Shown one piece after another: positions 28,401-44,630 of a DNA stretch of 64,000 bases. A program made the position numbers and the translations under genes. Origin of the DNA: Auanema rhodensis (lineage: Eukaryota; Animalia; Nematoda); the NCBI GenBank assembly GCA_964057225.1, contig OZ059900.1, positions 6,448,001-6,512,000 on the forward strand. Reading direction: 5' to 3'. The stretch's first letter is position 1. Each line of letters begins with the position of its first letter. The notes beneath the pieces were generated by a model. That model was given only the letters and a program-made list of their open reading frames with translations, did no database searches and was not told where the DNA came from.

Positions 28401-28908
28401 TTCAAGCCGATTAAATTTTTTTTTGAGATTTAAAATTATCTTCTACCCTGTATAATTACAGATGTATTATGCTCATCTCCTTTGATTGCATTTGATTTTC
28501 CAACATTATCAGTCTATTATTGTCAATCCTTCTTCTATTTTACCATAATTCCTTTTTTGCCCTTCTACGTTCGACAGATTATACCAAAAAAAGCTAACCG
28601 TCTGAAATTTCTTGATGCGAAGATTATCGAGTAATCTAACGTTTGCAGCAATTTTCTTGAAAATGCTAATAGATTATACACTTAAACCTAATTTCGACGT
28701 TCATTGAAACCTTAATAGACCAAACCGCCAAATCCACTTTGTAAGCCGTATTTTTGGTTTTGGTGTTTTTTCAATTTTCTTACAAGCTTTTTTCTAAGCT
28801 CATTTTTCAATTTTCCGCATGGGCGTTCTTTTTTTTCACTTTTAATGTATTCTATCATTGTTTTACATCTTTATGCTGGTCTTCAACCACTTTAAGCCTC
28901 GGCCCATT

Positions 28909-28931
28909 CACACACACACACACACACACAC
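28909..28931. repeat. (CA)n microsatellite
   Basis: ~11 CA units. Confidence 0.9.
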
Positions 28932-29498
28932 TAGCCGTACTCATGCAGAAAGACATTCACTTGCACTGTAGTATACATGTTCTAGAGTATGTATGTGTAA
29001 TAGATAGTTAGAGCTGTTGATCAGATCTTGAGCTTGATGTGAAAATATCTTGTATCTCGTTTTATATTTTTTTGCATGTTGAACAGATAAAAAAATGCAT
29101 TCATATGCCCTCATCTTGTCATCATTTGTTTTCTCAAAATAGACTATTGCATCATTCACTTGCAGCTGCTGCATTTTGAGCTTCCGTTATTATATATCAT
29201 AAAACCGGCAATTTTGTAATGCTTTTTTTTGCTCAAACAAATCGCATATTTTGTTGTTAGTATACATTTTGCTCTTTTTTTGACTTTTATCTAGATTCTA
29301 CTACATTATTAATCATTTTGTATTTATATGCTTCAGATCCAGTTGTTACTTCACATATAAGCCTATAATTCATAGCATGTTTTATAACTGTCTATTTCCT
29401 TCTTTTTTTTTCGAGTAATTTATTCGAATATTTCTATTCGCAAGAAAGTTACATGTGCATCTATGTAACTATTTTAATAACTATTGTGCTCATTTCAG

Positions 29499-29546
29499 TT
29501 ATGGATTAAGTGAATTGGCTCGTCGTAGACCCAAACAGACATAAAA
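29499..29546 (+). other. syd-2: Candidate syd-2 5'UTR exon
   Basis: ATTTCAG acceptor immediately upstream, GTAAGT donor at 29547; contains ATG GAT TAA. Confidence 0.4.
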
Positions 29547-30372
29547 GTAAGTTTTCCTTCTTTTTCGTTCGTAAATGTACTTTGAACATGCAACAGCTTA
29601 TCCATTTCATTTTTTTTTCATTGCACTGTTGCTGTTTGTACAGATGAGCTGTTTTCGCATTACAATCCCTTGTTTCAAACTCTTTCTCAAAATTCATGTG
29701 GTTAAGTACGACATCGTTTTTCTGAGTACAATCACATTTCCTATCTAATGTCGTGAATGCTCAAGCATTAGGGAATGACTGCTCAAATGCTTGAAGCTCT
29801 TACATGTCTAAGCTAGAATCGGATATGAGTAGAAATTATCCATGTCAACCTAGAGTGTAGATACTGACGGGATAACGGGATAAAACATATAGAAAGTATA
29901 GAGACAAATAACGTTAATCGAGAATGAAGATGGGCATGGAGAAAGGGAGTCTAGGTCATGATCATGTGAGCTTATATGTATTTCAAGCTCAAGTATTCAC
30001 CCTAATCTAAGAAGAGAGGCGACAACTCGGATCCAATAGCCTTGAAGTGTGATTATCTAAGTTGAGTCTAAGCTGTTTCCCCTTTTCGAATTATATCCTA
30101 ACGTCTTTGCGCCATAACACATTTTCCCAACTGTTCTTTTTTTAGTTTCCCTGTTTCTAAGTCCAAATTTAACATTTTTGTGTTGTATCTGATAGAATCA
30201 TTGATTGAATCATCAGTTATTTTTTTGGATAATTCAGCATATTTTCTATTTTTCTCAAATAGCTATTTATCGAATATACGTTAAAAATTTTTAATTTTAT
30301 TCATTTTCTTAATAATGAATGAAATTTGGATAAGAGCCAGTGTTCTCGAATATTTACATCTCGTTCTAAATC

Positions 30373-30425
30373 TATATATATATATATATATATATGTATA
30401 TGTATATGTGTGTATGTGTGTGTGT
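30373..30425. repeat. (TA)n/(TG)n compound microsatellite
   Basis: TA run grading into TG repeats. Confidence 0.85.
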
Positions 30426-31155
30426 CAATGACGTTTAGAAAAATGCTATATAATAATTGCCGCAAACTAAATCCAGACTTATTATATGCCAGATGTCAAA
30501 TTTCAGCTATTCATGATGAATAGATTTGTTCTAGATAGGGAAAAAGAAGTATTCAGCCTATATATAAGAAATTCATACAGAGAGAAAATAAGATAGATAG
30601 ACGAAGGAAAAAGAGAGAGAAAGAGAAATAAAGAGAGAAAGGAAGGGAGAGAAGATGGAGAGAGATAGACCAAAATAAATGTTGAAATGGCGGGGTGAGC
30701 AACAAAATAAATGAATGAAATAGTTGGCATGCAAAGTGATACTGAAAAAAATATCACGAAGACAAAGATTACAAAAAAATGAGGTTCAGCACATTTTACA
30801 AGAAAAAATGATGCGAATTATCACAATAGCTGCGTATAAGAAGACCTTCGTTAATAGATGAGAAGTGATAAAGTGTTAATTGGCTATACAAGAACACTCA
30901 TCTGATTACTAATATCTCAGAAAAGAAATACTAATGAGATTTCCTGCCTGCCGAGATTAGAAATATGTTATTTTCATATTCTGCATCCCATTCCTCTAGA
31001 ACTTCTAGAAATATTGTATAGAATATGATTGAATATTATTATGCTTTTAACTTGAATAATCAGCTTTCTTTACTTGTTTTTTCATCTGATTCAAGTCAAT
31101 TCAATAGTCATAATTATTGAACAATTAACACGTTGATTGTACACATTCTTTCAGA

Positions 31156-35526
<4,371 letters not shown>

Positions 35527-35692
35527 AATTGATGAACTTGTTGTTATGATATTTTCATTTATTCATTCTCAGATTATTTTTCTATTTTTCCATCTCTCTT
35601 CACCTTTTAGCCATATGAATGGCTGAAGTCTTCGAGGACTAACCAGTGATATCATGAATGTGTTGTTTGTTAACCAGATTAGCTTAATATTT

Positions 35693-35712
35693 TTACTTAC
35701 TTACTTACTTAC
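35693..35712. repeat. (TTAC)5 microsatellite in the probable syd-2 3'UTR
   Basis: TTACTTACTTACTTACTTAC. Confidence 0.85.
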
Positions 35713-37408
35713 TGTGTATTTTTCAAAAGTCTTTTGTTTCTCAATACTAACAGCTTGAGTAACTAAGCGAGTGACTATAGATTACAATTTGGAGCTTTGT
35801 TTATTATTTAGAAATAATATTTCTGTCGCTCCATAAGTTTTTATTCTTTTCTCATCAGAAATCTCAAAATTAATTATAATTAATATTCATAATCTGAGCG
35901 CAAATGGCATAATCATTAACATAATTTTTCTTTTTCTTAGCTTCGATAAAATGGAAAAGGAAATTAATTTTATTTCTCTTTTTCTTCCATTTTTTAGTTC
36001 AATAAGGAAAGAGCAAATGAAATTCATTTCATGTTTAATCTATCATTTTGATTCTTTCGCCAATACCTTTTCATTTCTTGTTGTTTTAATTATATCATAT
36101 TATTTTATCATAATTGATAGTTAACTAGAAACTGCAGTTGCTCTTCTGCAATACCTCACCATATTTTCCTTCGTATGCATTGAAAGATGATATGAACGTT
36201 TCACTAGTAGCCAGCTTCTATATCACGGTGATGCTTTCCATAGTTATATAGATGTTGTTTTAATTTTGCACATCTTATCTTAATCAGCTTGTTTACTTAT
36301 TTATCGCACTAACACCACTGCTACATTGCCATTAAGTCTTTCTCACGGGCCCTTCTGTTTTTATTTCTTTGAATAATCCTAACACTATGGAGTTTTGTAA
36401 CAATTTGTCATACATGCAGGATGTTTCATCTTTTTTCACATGTTGTTCAATTATAGTCCAATATATCTATTTTATTTACAAGCACTACAAGACAAGTCCG
36501 TTTTTTTCAAACTATCATATTCATATTATTAATATTATATTTTCATGTTGTTATATTTATATATTTATAAGTATTTATATCTATATTTATATACATATAT
36601 TATATATATTTATTTTTTTTCATATTTCCATCATCTGTCTAATGGCATGTTTCCTAGTACATGAAAATCCATCCAACTCTTCCTGTCTCAATTATGTATT
36701 TTCCGGTTTATAGTAGTGGTCTCAGTTTCGAAGCATCACACACGTTACTACTCTAGGCTATAAACAATTTTTCGGTTTTATCTGCATATTTTTCTTAATT
36801 GATTAAATTGTTATGATTATTTATATTATATAAAAAGACTTGTTCTGTATTTATTTAACTATAAACAACTTTTTATTTTCCAATCAAGCTTCAAATCTGT
36901 TAGTATTTATATTTTGTGAATTTTGCCTGTTCATTATTTTCGCTCAAGTCATCTGTGGCTCAATAAAATTGATCTGCTGTATGTTGTTCGTGTTATGTAT
37001 GGTTTAGTGCAGAAAAAAAAAGCAAAAAGAAATCTATTGTTAACCGTATTGGAAAAACGATTACCGCAGGCAGTGTTGTTCAAATTAGAAAAATTGAGTC
37101 AGACTACAATTTTTGAAAATGGCGCCTAAAATTGTGGCATTGTGTAACCGGTACAGTGGGAGTGAAATGACTTACATTCAAATATCTCTGCCGAAAAGAG
37201 ATATTTTTTTTCTAACTACTACAAATAAATATAATGTTTCGTGAGAGTGCGAGAAAAAAAGAACTAAAAAACATTTGATGTTGAATAAAGAAAGTTGCGC
37301 AAGATTATTCCAAAATTTGTTGGTTGGATTATTGTATATGTATTCTTTGAAATGTCAAACAATACAGGCACATGTAGTTTACAATATCATTGTATTATTG
37401 TGAAATTT

Positions 37409-37430
37409 ATATATATATATATATATATAT
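37409..37430. repeat. (TA)n microsatellite
   Basis: ~11 TA units. Confidence 0.85.
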
Positions 37431-38912
37431 TCATGTTATATGTACGTCTATGTAGTTAAGTATTATATTTGCATGCTGTTGAGTTTATGCTGTGATGTAA
37501 TGGTCCCTCCCAATTATATCCAGGATATAGCAATTGTATCCGACACCTCGAGCTCCAATTGTTAATTAAGATTTTCTTTATTTTCTCTTTAGATGCATCT
37601 TCTATTAGTACAAACGTTTTCTTCTTATTCTCTTAATATTCTCATCCATCTATTATATAACTTTGTCACTTTAGCATTCATTCATATTCTTAATAGTATT
37701 TTCCATCTCTTGCTTCATAAACTAATCTTGGTTTTCTAGACATATTTGTCTCCCATTTTTCAGTTCTCTTTTCTCTATGCGTAAATCTGTCTCGTTTTTA
37801 ATCATGTTGGCAAGACAATATATCGTTGCTTTGCTCAATTCGTATCTCTTTTCTCTTGCACGTTTACTCATATACTCTCTCGCCTCATAGCACTATTTGA
37901 TTAATTTCATCCTTTTCTCTTCTTTGACACAGTATATCTCTTAATTATTAACATAATTGAAAATTATATAAGAATCAAATTACCTGCCATATATTAAGAA
38001 TTTTGTCTCACGGTAATGCTAATCTTTAGAAATTAATTTCACTAGTTTAATATAATTTTCCATGCCAATAGTCTATATGTATTAGTATATCTGTATCTAA
38101 GTATAGACCTGCATCACTATATTATCAAAGGCATTTTGTCATCTTTGTTTTGGACACTTTCTTACATATACGGTTATATGTCTAGTAAAAATTTAATTTT
38201 GCACACATAACAGTGCTGGGAACAATTATTTGTTTTCTAAAATCGATATAGAATTATAATATTTTGAGAAAATCAATTTAACAGCACTTACAAAATAACT
38301 AATCGTTACATTATTGGCTTTCATATTGTTACTAATCCAGCAAGCTGTTATTTTTTGTATATAAATTCATAACGATTATCACATATATTATGGGTTAGTT
38401 TATGTAGCTTATTTATCTTATTTGCATGTATGAAGTAGTATTTTCTTTCACTTTCCTAACTATATGTACCTTGAATCAGAAATGTTATTTTATATTAGTC
38501 CATGCATTTATTCTTTTTTTATTCTGTTTGTCACATACCTTTTTCAAACATATGCATACTTTTTTTGAATTTTTACATAAAAACTTTTCTCAAAAGTTCA
38601 AATACATTTATTCTCATTATTGAATAAATTGGCACTTTCAGTGTTTTTTTTCATTCACCGTTTTGCTTGCATTACGTTCTAATCATCTGAAATTGCATGT
38701 TTTGATGCGTTCTCTTACCAATGTCTGACACCTCTATATGCTTTATGTGACGAAGTTTAATCAGTTTATCCAGAATCTTAAAAAACTTCAAATTTTTATT
38801 GGTTTTCTTTGTTGATCTAAAGTTTATTCACTATCACATTCTTTGTTCTTCATGTCGATTCAACTTTGTTTCAGAGTTTAACCACATTTGCGTTTGCTTG
38901 AAATTTGGCTCC

Positions 38913-40285
38913 ATGACAGGTAAGAGTTAGAACTTTTATTATTCATAATTCATATTCTAGTTCAAATTCAAATTCTACTTTAAAGCTTGTTCAAAAGCAT
39001 AATTCAGCATATAAAGTAAGAGTTAGAACTTATTGCACATTCAATAGCCATAATTTTTATTTCTATTTTTTTGGTGCCCTGGCAACAAAATTAAAAAAAG
39101 GTTGCGACATTTTTTACGCATAAACATGACCATAACCACTTGTTTGATAATTCTGTATTAATTTGTTAAAAATAGTTTTCAAAACTGATTGGTAGTAATT
39201 AATATATTTTTGATAATACATTTAAACATATAAACATCTGATTATCATGTAATTGTTTGATGCTTATTTGATTTTTGATTTTCTCACTAACTCAAAAATA
39301 AAGTATCGAAATTTTATGGAAATTGCTGTTGGATATTTCAATTGTTTCTTAACTTAATTTTAATCATCGTTAATTCAAAATTATCTACAGTTTTTTCTTG
39401 AAACTTGATCCACGCAATCTTTGCCATGCTGGACTAGTATCGAAAATGATATGCTGTTTTCACAGCAATTATACTTTCGCCCAACCCTCCAATCCTTTCG
39501 GAGATCTTCGAGCATTGAAACAGCTGGCGTAACGTATAATTTTATAGGTCATGATATTATTTAAGACGAACGAAATATCGCCGGGTATAGTTATACAGCT
39601 CACTGTTATGCACAAAAAATTCGAATCATCATGAATTCGTGAGATTTATTTCTTCATCCATAAACATAATGTTATAAATAATAACGTGTGTATTATTTGA
39701 GTTGTATACAATTATACCTGACAGCCGGTTACCGTTTATTCTTGTTTTTTTTTAAATATTGAGTTAGATAAAGAGAAAGAGAGATGAGGCAGCTGGGTAA
39801 GAGAGAGAGTTAGAGTGAAAAAAATTGCAGATTGACTAAGAGAACCGGGAAAGCTTAATATTTTTCAATCCGTTCAATATTATATTAAAACCTTTATCAA
39901 CTTATTTTAAATTTAAAGATTTTGCTTCGCTACCTAAAATGTGATAGTATATATTGAAGACAATTTCCAACAGTCATTAAAAACGTTGAAAGTCAATTAA
40001 CTGGTATTGTAAGTATGTACTAAATACAATCTGCTTCTTTTTCCTTCAAGTATAATGTCATTGAAATTAAAAAAAACACGAAAATGCCTAAATATGATTT
40101 GTCAAGGCAGATGTTCATTAAATTATCTTTTTTTCAGGATAATAGAGGTTATTCATATTGAAAAAACCAAAATTAATAACATAACCAATGAAGCTTCATA
40201 TTCTATAGAATCGGACCTACCCATTGAGAAACGATATGATAAGATTTCAAAAAAATGCTCTGATGATATTCAAAAAATGCTCTAA
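38913..40285 (+). pseudogene. Possible decayed F-box-like gene
   Basis: Phase-compatible exon-like blocks (..38919, 38961-39015, 39391..) read MTVQIQILL*SLFKSIIQHINFFLKLDPRNLCHAGLVSK, an F-box-like pattern with an in-frame TAA; further exon-like pieces near 39919-40003 (internal TGA) and 40138-40285. Confidence 0.3.
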
Positions 40286-40334
40286 TGATATTCAAAAAAT
40301 GCTCTAATGATATTCATAAATTGCTCTAATGAGA
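40246..40334. repeat. 22-bp minisatellite, 4 copies
   Basis: Unit TTCAAAAAATGCTCTAATGATA; two perfect and two variant copies. Confidence 0.9.
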
Positions 40335-41059
40335 TGATGTTTTTTTAAAATCAACATTACGTATTTCAAATATTTATGGCGCTTTTATTCAAATAAGTAT
40401 TTCGCAATATCGAAAATTAAGCTTTTCAATTTTTTTAGGACTTTTTTTAGGATTTTTCATGTTAATTATTTATTTCTTTAGCATTACTTATATGAATGAC
40501 ATAAATTAATATATTTCATTATGTGAATCCTTTTTATTTCTTTAAGCACACCAATATTTATGCCATTTAATCTCAGGCTGACGCCTATTTCCTTCTCACG
40601 TCTGTTTAATATTTTTCTTTCTGTTCTTCATCAATCGGCAAGATAATAGTATCAAGATATATTAGCTACATGTGTCATATTTAATGTTTTTTTGAATATC
40701 TGATCGTTATTCAAATTTTTTCAATAAACAATGTTTGAATTTGATAAAAATCAGCTCACTTCTGATTTGTTGTCAACTGTAAACATCTTTTAAATAATTG
40801 AAAGTCAGATAAACAATGGTATATGATGGTCACTATTGTCATTTTCGAAATCTCATCTAGTCAACTTCAAAAAAAGTTGTTGACTGTCATGTTATATGAA
40901 GACCAACCTGCCATTAAATTGCTTTCTATATATAATATCCCTACAGACATAGTTAAAGGAGCACGTGCTGCCTCTTATATCCCTTTGAGTATCCCGACTT
41001 TATTTAATTTTCTTCTCGTTTTGCTTATATAACAATAATACTTTTTAGTTCGACTTGAT

Positions 41060-41723
41060 ATGGCTATGATTCCTGAATCCGATGAAGCTATAATGCCTGA
41101 TGCTGCCTCAGCACAAGCAGAAGAGCTTGAGAATCAAACTAGCTCTGCTGTAAGCCAGGAACCTAATGTGGAGTCATCTGAGCAACCTGCTCGCCGTCGT
41201 CGTCGTAGAAGAAATCGCGAGAAACCGGTGGAACCAAAAACCATTGAAGAACATTGCGATCGTTTCATTGATTTTGATCCATTTTTAGTAAATCAATACC
41301 TGGTTCGTCCTTTCAGTCAGATTCTTGTAAGTTATTAAAATTAATAATAATACTACGAATCTTGTAAATAAATACAGGCAAGAAATAATTTTCTTATGAT
41401 TCATAAGCTTCGCTATCTTATGACTCCCTACGATGTTCAGAGAATTCCATTTGATTTCATGGCCGTTCTGAATAAGTTCATGCTTGTATTCAAATTTTTC
41501 TTGTTCTAAACCCTTATCTATATGCTTGCAGGCTATTTTCCGTGGTGGAAAGTTGACTAGAAGTCTTGCGAAGCAGCTTGTTGAACTGGTAATAAACATT
41601 GTTAATATTTCGCTATAAAACATCTACTTCCAGATCCTAGAAGGCAAACATCTGCCAGTGGATGAAAAACTGTTCATTGATGAATGCATCAGTGAAGGTT
41701 ATCCAATAGATATCTTCCAATAA
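41060..41723 (+). CDS. Orphan ~173-aa protein: acidic N-terminus, poly-Arg NLS-like run, helical C-terminus
   Basis: Exons 41060-41326, 41378-41485, 41532-41588, 41634-41723 with phase-0 GT-AG introns of 45-51 nt and no internal stop. Confidence 0.75.
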
Positions 41724-42268
41724 GGAGCAGCTTTAGTTATCTTCCTAAGATGTTTATTACTGCTATCGCACTGTTGAAAAATAAAAAATTGTTAATAATC
41801 TTGTTCCTTAAGAATAGAAAAAATTCGTGTAATATGATTCTAAATGCGTAAAGTAATAATATTAAGATAACTATAAATCACATAGTATTCCTATCAGACT
41901 AAAGTACAGAAATATATTAACAATAAACTACACAACAATATACAGAGAGATTAATGAGATTGTTATTTAATATATGAATAGATAGACGAAAGTAATTATA
42001 TCCGCACCGTGCCGATTGATCAAAAATTGAGCACCAGATAAGGATTACTGATATGACATATAGCAGTTGATTCATCATATAACTGCTACATAATGATTAT
42101 AATGCTGTTTCTATGATTTTCCCTCATATTTGCTCAAATATTATACATCCATGTTCATGAAAGATTAGTTTGAAGATTAATCTCATTTTTCTCGCGAGAT
42201 TTGTTAGTTAAACTATAACATACTTTCTACAACTAATAAGATAATGTAGAGTAATATAATATAATACA

Positions 42269-42273
<5 letters not shown>

Positions 42274-42302
<29 letters not shown>
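42274..42302. repeat. (TA)n microsatellite
   Basis: ~14 TA units. Confidence 0.9.
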
Positions 42303-42305
<3 letters not shown>

Positions 42306-42890
42306 GTGTGTGAATTCAAATCTTGTTTAATTTAGCTCAGAAATTTCATTAAAGTATATTATTTGATTTTTTCGTTTTTGTTCACTTGAGCTCATTTAAA
42401 TGACTTTTAATTAAGATAAAGAAAGCCCAATCATCTTTAATTATTTTAGAATTTCTTGGTTTTCTTAATTGTTGAATTCAGACAGACATAAATAAATGTA
42501 TGTAGATAGATAGATAGATTTATTCGAGCACGGTTACGCATCTCCTCTACATCTCTGACTTGGGCGGTCGCTAATCGGCCAACAAGACATTGCTCGCAAT
42601 GGTCAGGCAGCATTTAGTTGTCTCAGTATCCGTGGCCAGTGCGTCCATTAACCGCGACACAACAGCTGGTTCATGTCTTATTTTATTTTCTATGTTCGTT
42701 GTGTTCTATTGAAGTACTGAAGCACTTTCACAACATCTTTTCCTCATTGGGAAGAAAAAGATTTAAACCTCCTTCTTCCATTCAATCCAAGCACACGTTT
42801 TGTTATAAAAAATATTTCCTCATTGTAATTATCTCAAGAACATCTTTGTTTAAAGTTTTTTTTCCACCTACAGCTGAAAATATTACGAAG

Positions 42891-43603
42891 ATGCCAAACA
42901 ACCAAGAATGTCCAATTTGCTTAGATGAATCTCCTAGGTATGCCCATTTTTAACTATTGATTCGCCTCATATTTTGTATTTGCAGCGAGTTTCGTTACCT
43001 GCATGGCAGACATGGAGTCTGTGCACGCTGCTTTATCAGCATGCTAGTGAATCGGATCACTACTTGTCCATTGTGCAGAATTTCTTGCCTGGATAACATG
43101 AGAGTATTAGTAGAAGATACTTTACGTACGGCAATTCGTAACAGAAGGGAAGGGCGATTGGCACCGCATGAGCATGTCGATCCCAATAGAACGGGTGGAG
43201 GACGTTTCCGATATACCTTTGGAGCTTATCTGAATATACTTCCCTCCCAATCTCCTGAAGTTGCGACCGAGCTTCTAAGACTTTTCATTCAAAATAGGGT
43301 AAGTTATGAATACTTGAAAACGTTACTATTTGTTTTCAGGGTAATGTCTGCGAAGGTTGTCGCTTGCCTGGCAATATGTGTTCTCTAAATAGGGATAATT
43401 TTCAGACATACTTTCAAAACGGAAGTTAGTTTGTACGTTCTCAACAATTACCGAATTTGACAATTTTAGGATGTCCAATCTGCAGTACGAGAACTTGCCG
43501 TCTAGAAGGATCATGCTGGAGCGGAGCTGTCCGGTTGATGTTGCTACATTGGACAGCTGCATACAATGGCATGGAACGCTTTGTCACAACTATTCACCGA
43601 TAA
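42891..43603 (+). CDS. RING-finger protein (~192 aa), probable E3 ligase, with a second Cys cluster
   Basis: Exons 42891-42937, 42986-43298, 43340-43424, 43470-43603 in frame; CPICLDESPSEFRYLHGRHGVCARCFISMLVNRITTCPLCR. Confidence 0.8.
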
Positions 43604-44630
43604 TAGGCTGAAAAACCAAACTTTTAAAAAGACAAGAACCAAAATATGTGATGTTTTGAATAATTGTCATAATAATGATATCTATTTATATGTTACAACT
43701 GTCATATACCCATATTCTCATCCTATCGAACTTTTCTTATAAATAAATTTTTTTTTCGGTATTAATCTTGTGCTCTTTAGCTGAGAAATGAAAAATCATA
43801 AGCTCGTCCGATCAAATTCATTAGCTTCAGTCTCTTATAGATACAACATATTCAATTAGGCTAATGAGTTTAGTCAGAAATTGGATCATATGTAGAGCTC
43901 TTGTCGGTTGTCGTGTCAATTTTAATCCTCTACCCTTTACATATTATCTTGAGTTTTAATTCTCGCTGTCTTCTCGCGCTCTTCAATTCTGACTCTATGC
44001 GATGCCAACAATCAGGTGCCCTTAACGCTAATCCTCTAAGGAATATCGTAAATAATTCATTAAATTCTATTTTTGATTTTTTCACGTTTTGCTAGACATC
44101 AGGGAAAGCGATTATAACAGCCAAGATTAACTATGCTTTATTTCAGACAAATTCATTCTCGTGAGGAACTGATATCAATTGGTTTAAAGCGGCAATAAAC
44201 ACATTGCAATAATAAAAAAATGAAAAAGTTTCAATTCATAGAAATGCTGTAGTCAAAGAATAAAATTTTCTGAAGAAATAAAGAAATGAACAAAAATGCT
44301 TGAAGAGAAACAGCAACCATTTGTAACAATGAAGAAAAACGGAGAGCCCATGCATAGCTAGCAAGGCAATATTTGGGTAACAGGTAAACATTTGAACAAA
44401 GTTACAACAAATTCTTCTGAAAATTGCATGCTCATCAAATTCAAAATTGGATGAACACTTGATTCTATTAAAAAACGAAATTTCAAAATAAGGAATATTA
44501 AACATTGATAATGTTCAAGCAACAGTAAACTACTGATTAAAACAAGAAAAACATGAGATAATGATACTAAGTAGATAAATTATTATTAAATAAACATTTC
44601 TGATGAGAATGATGTCCTATATGTGTATGT

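Noticed and set aside
40246-40334. Repeat array as CRISPR
   Set aside because: Head-to-tail minisatellite without spacers, in a eukaryote
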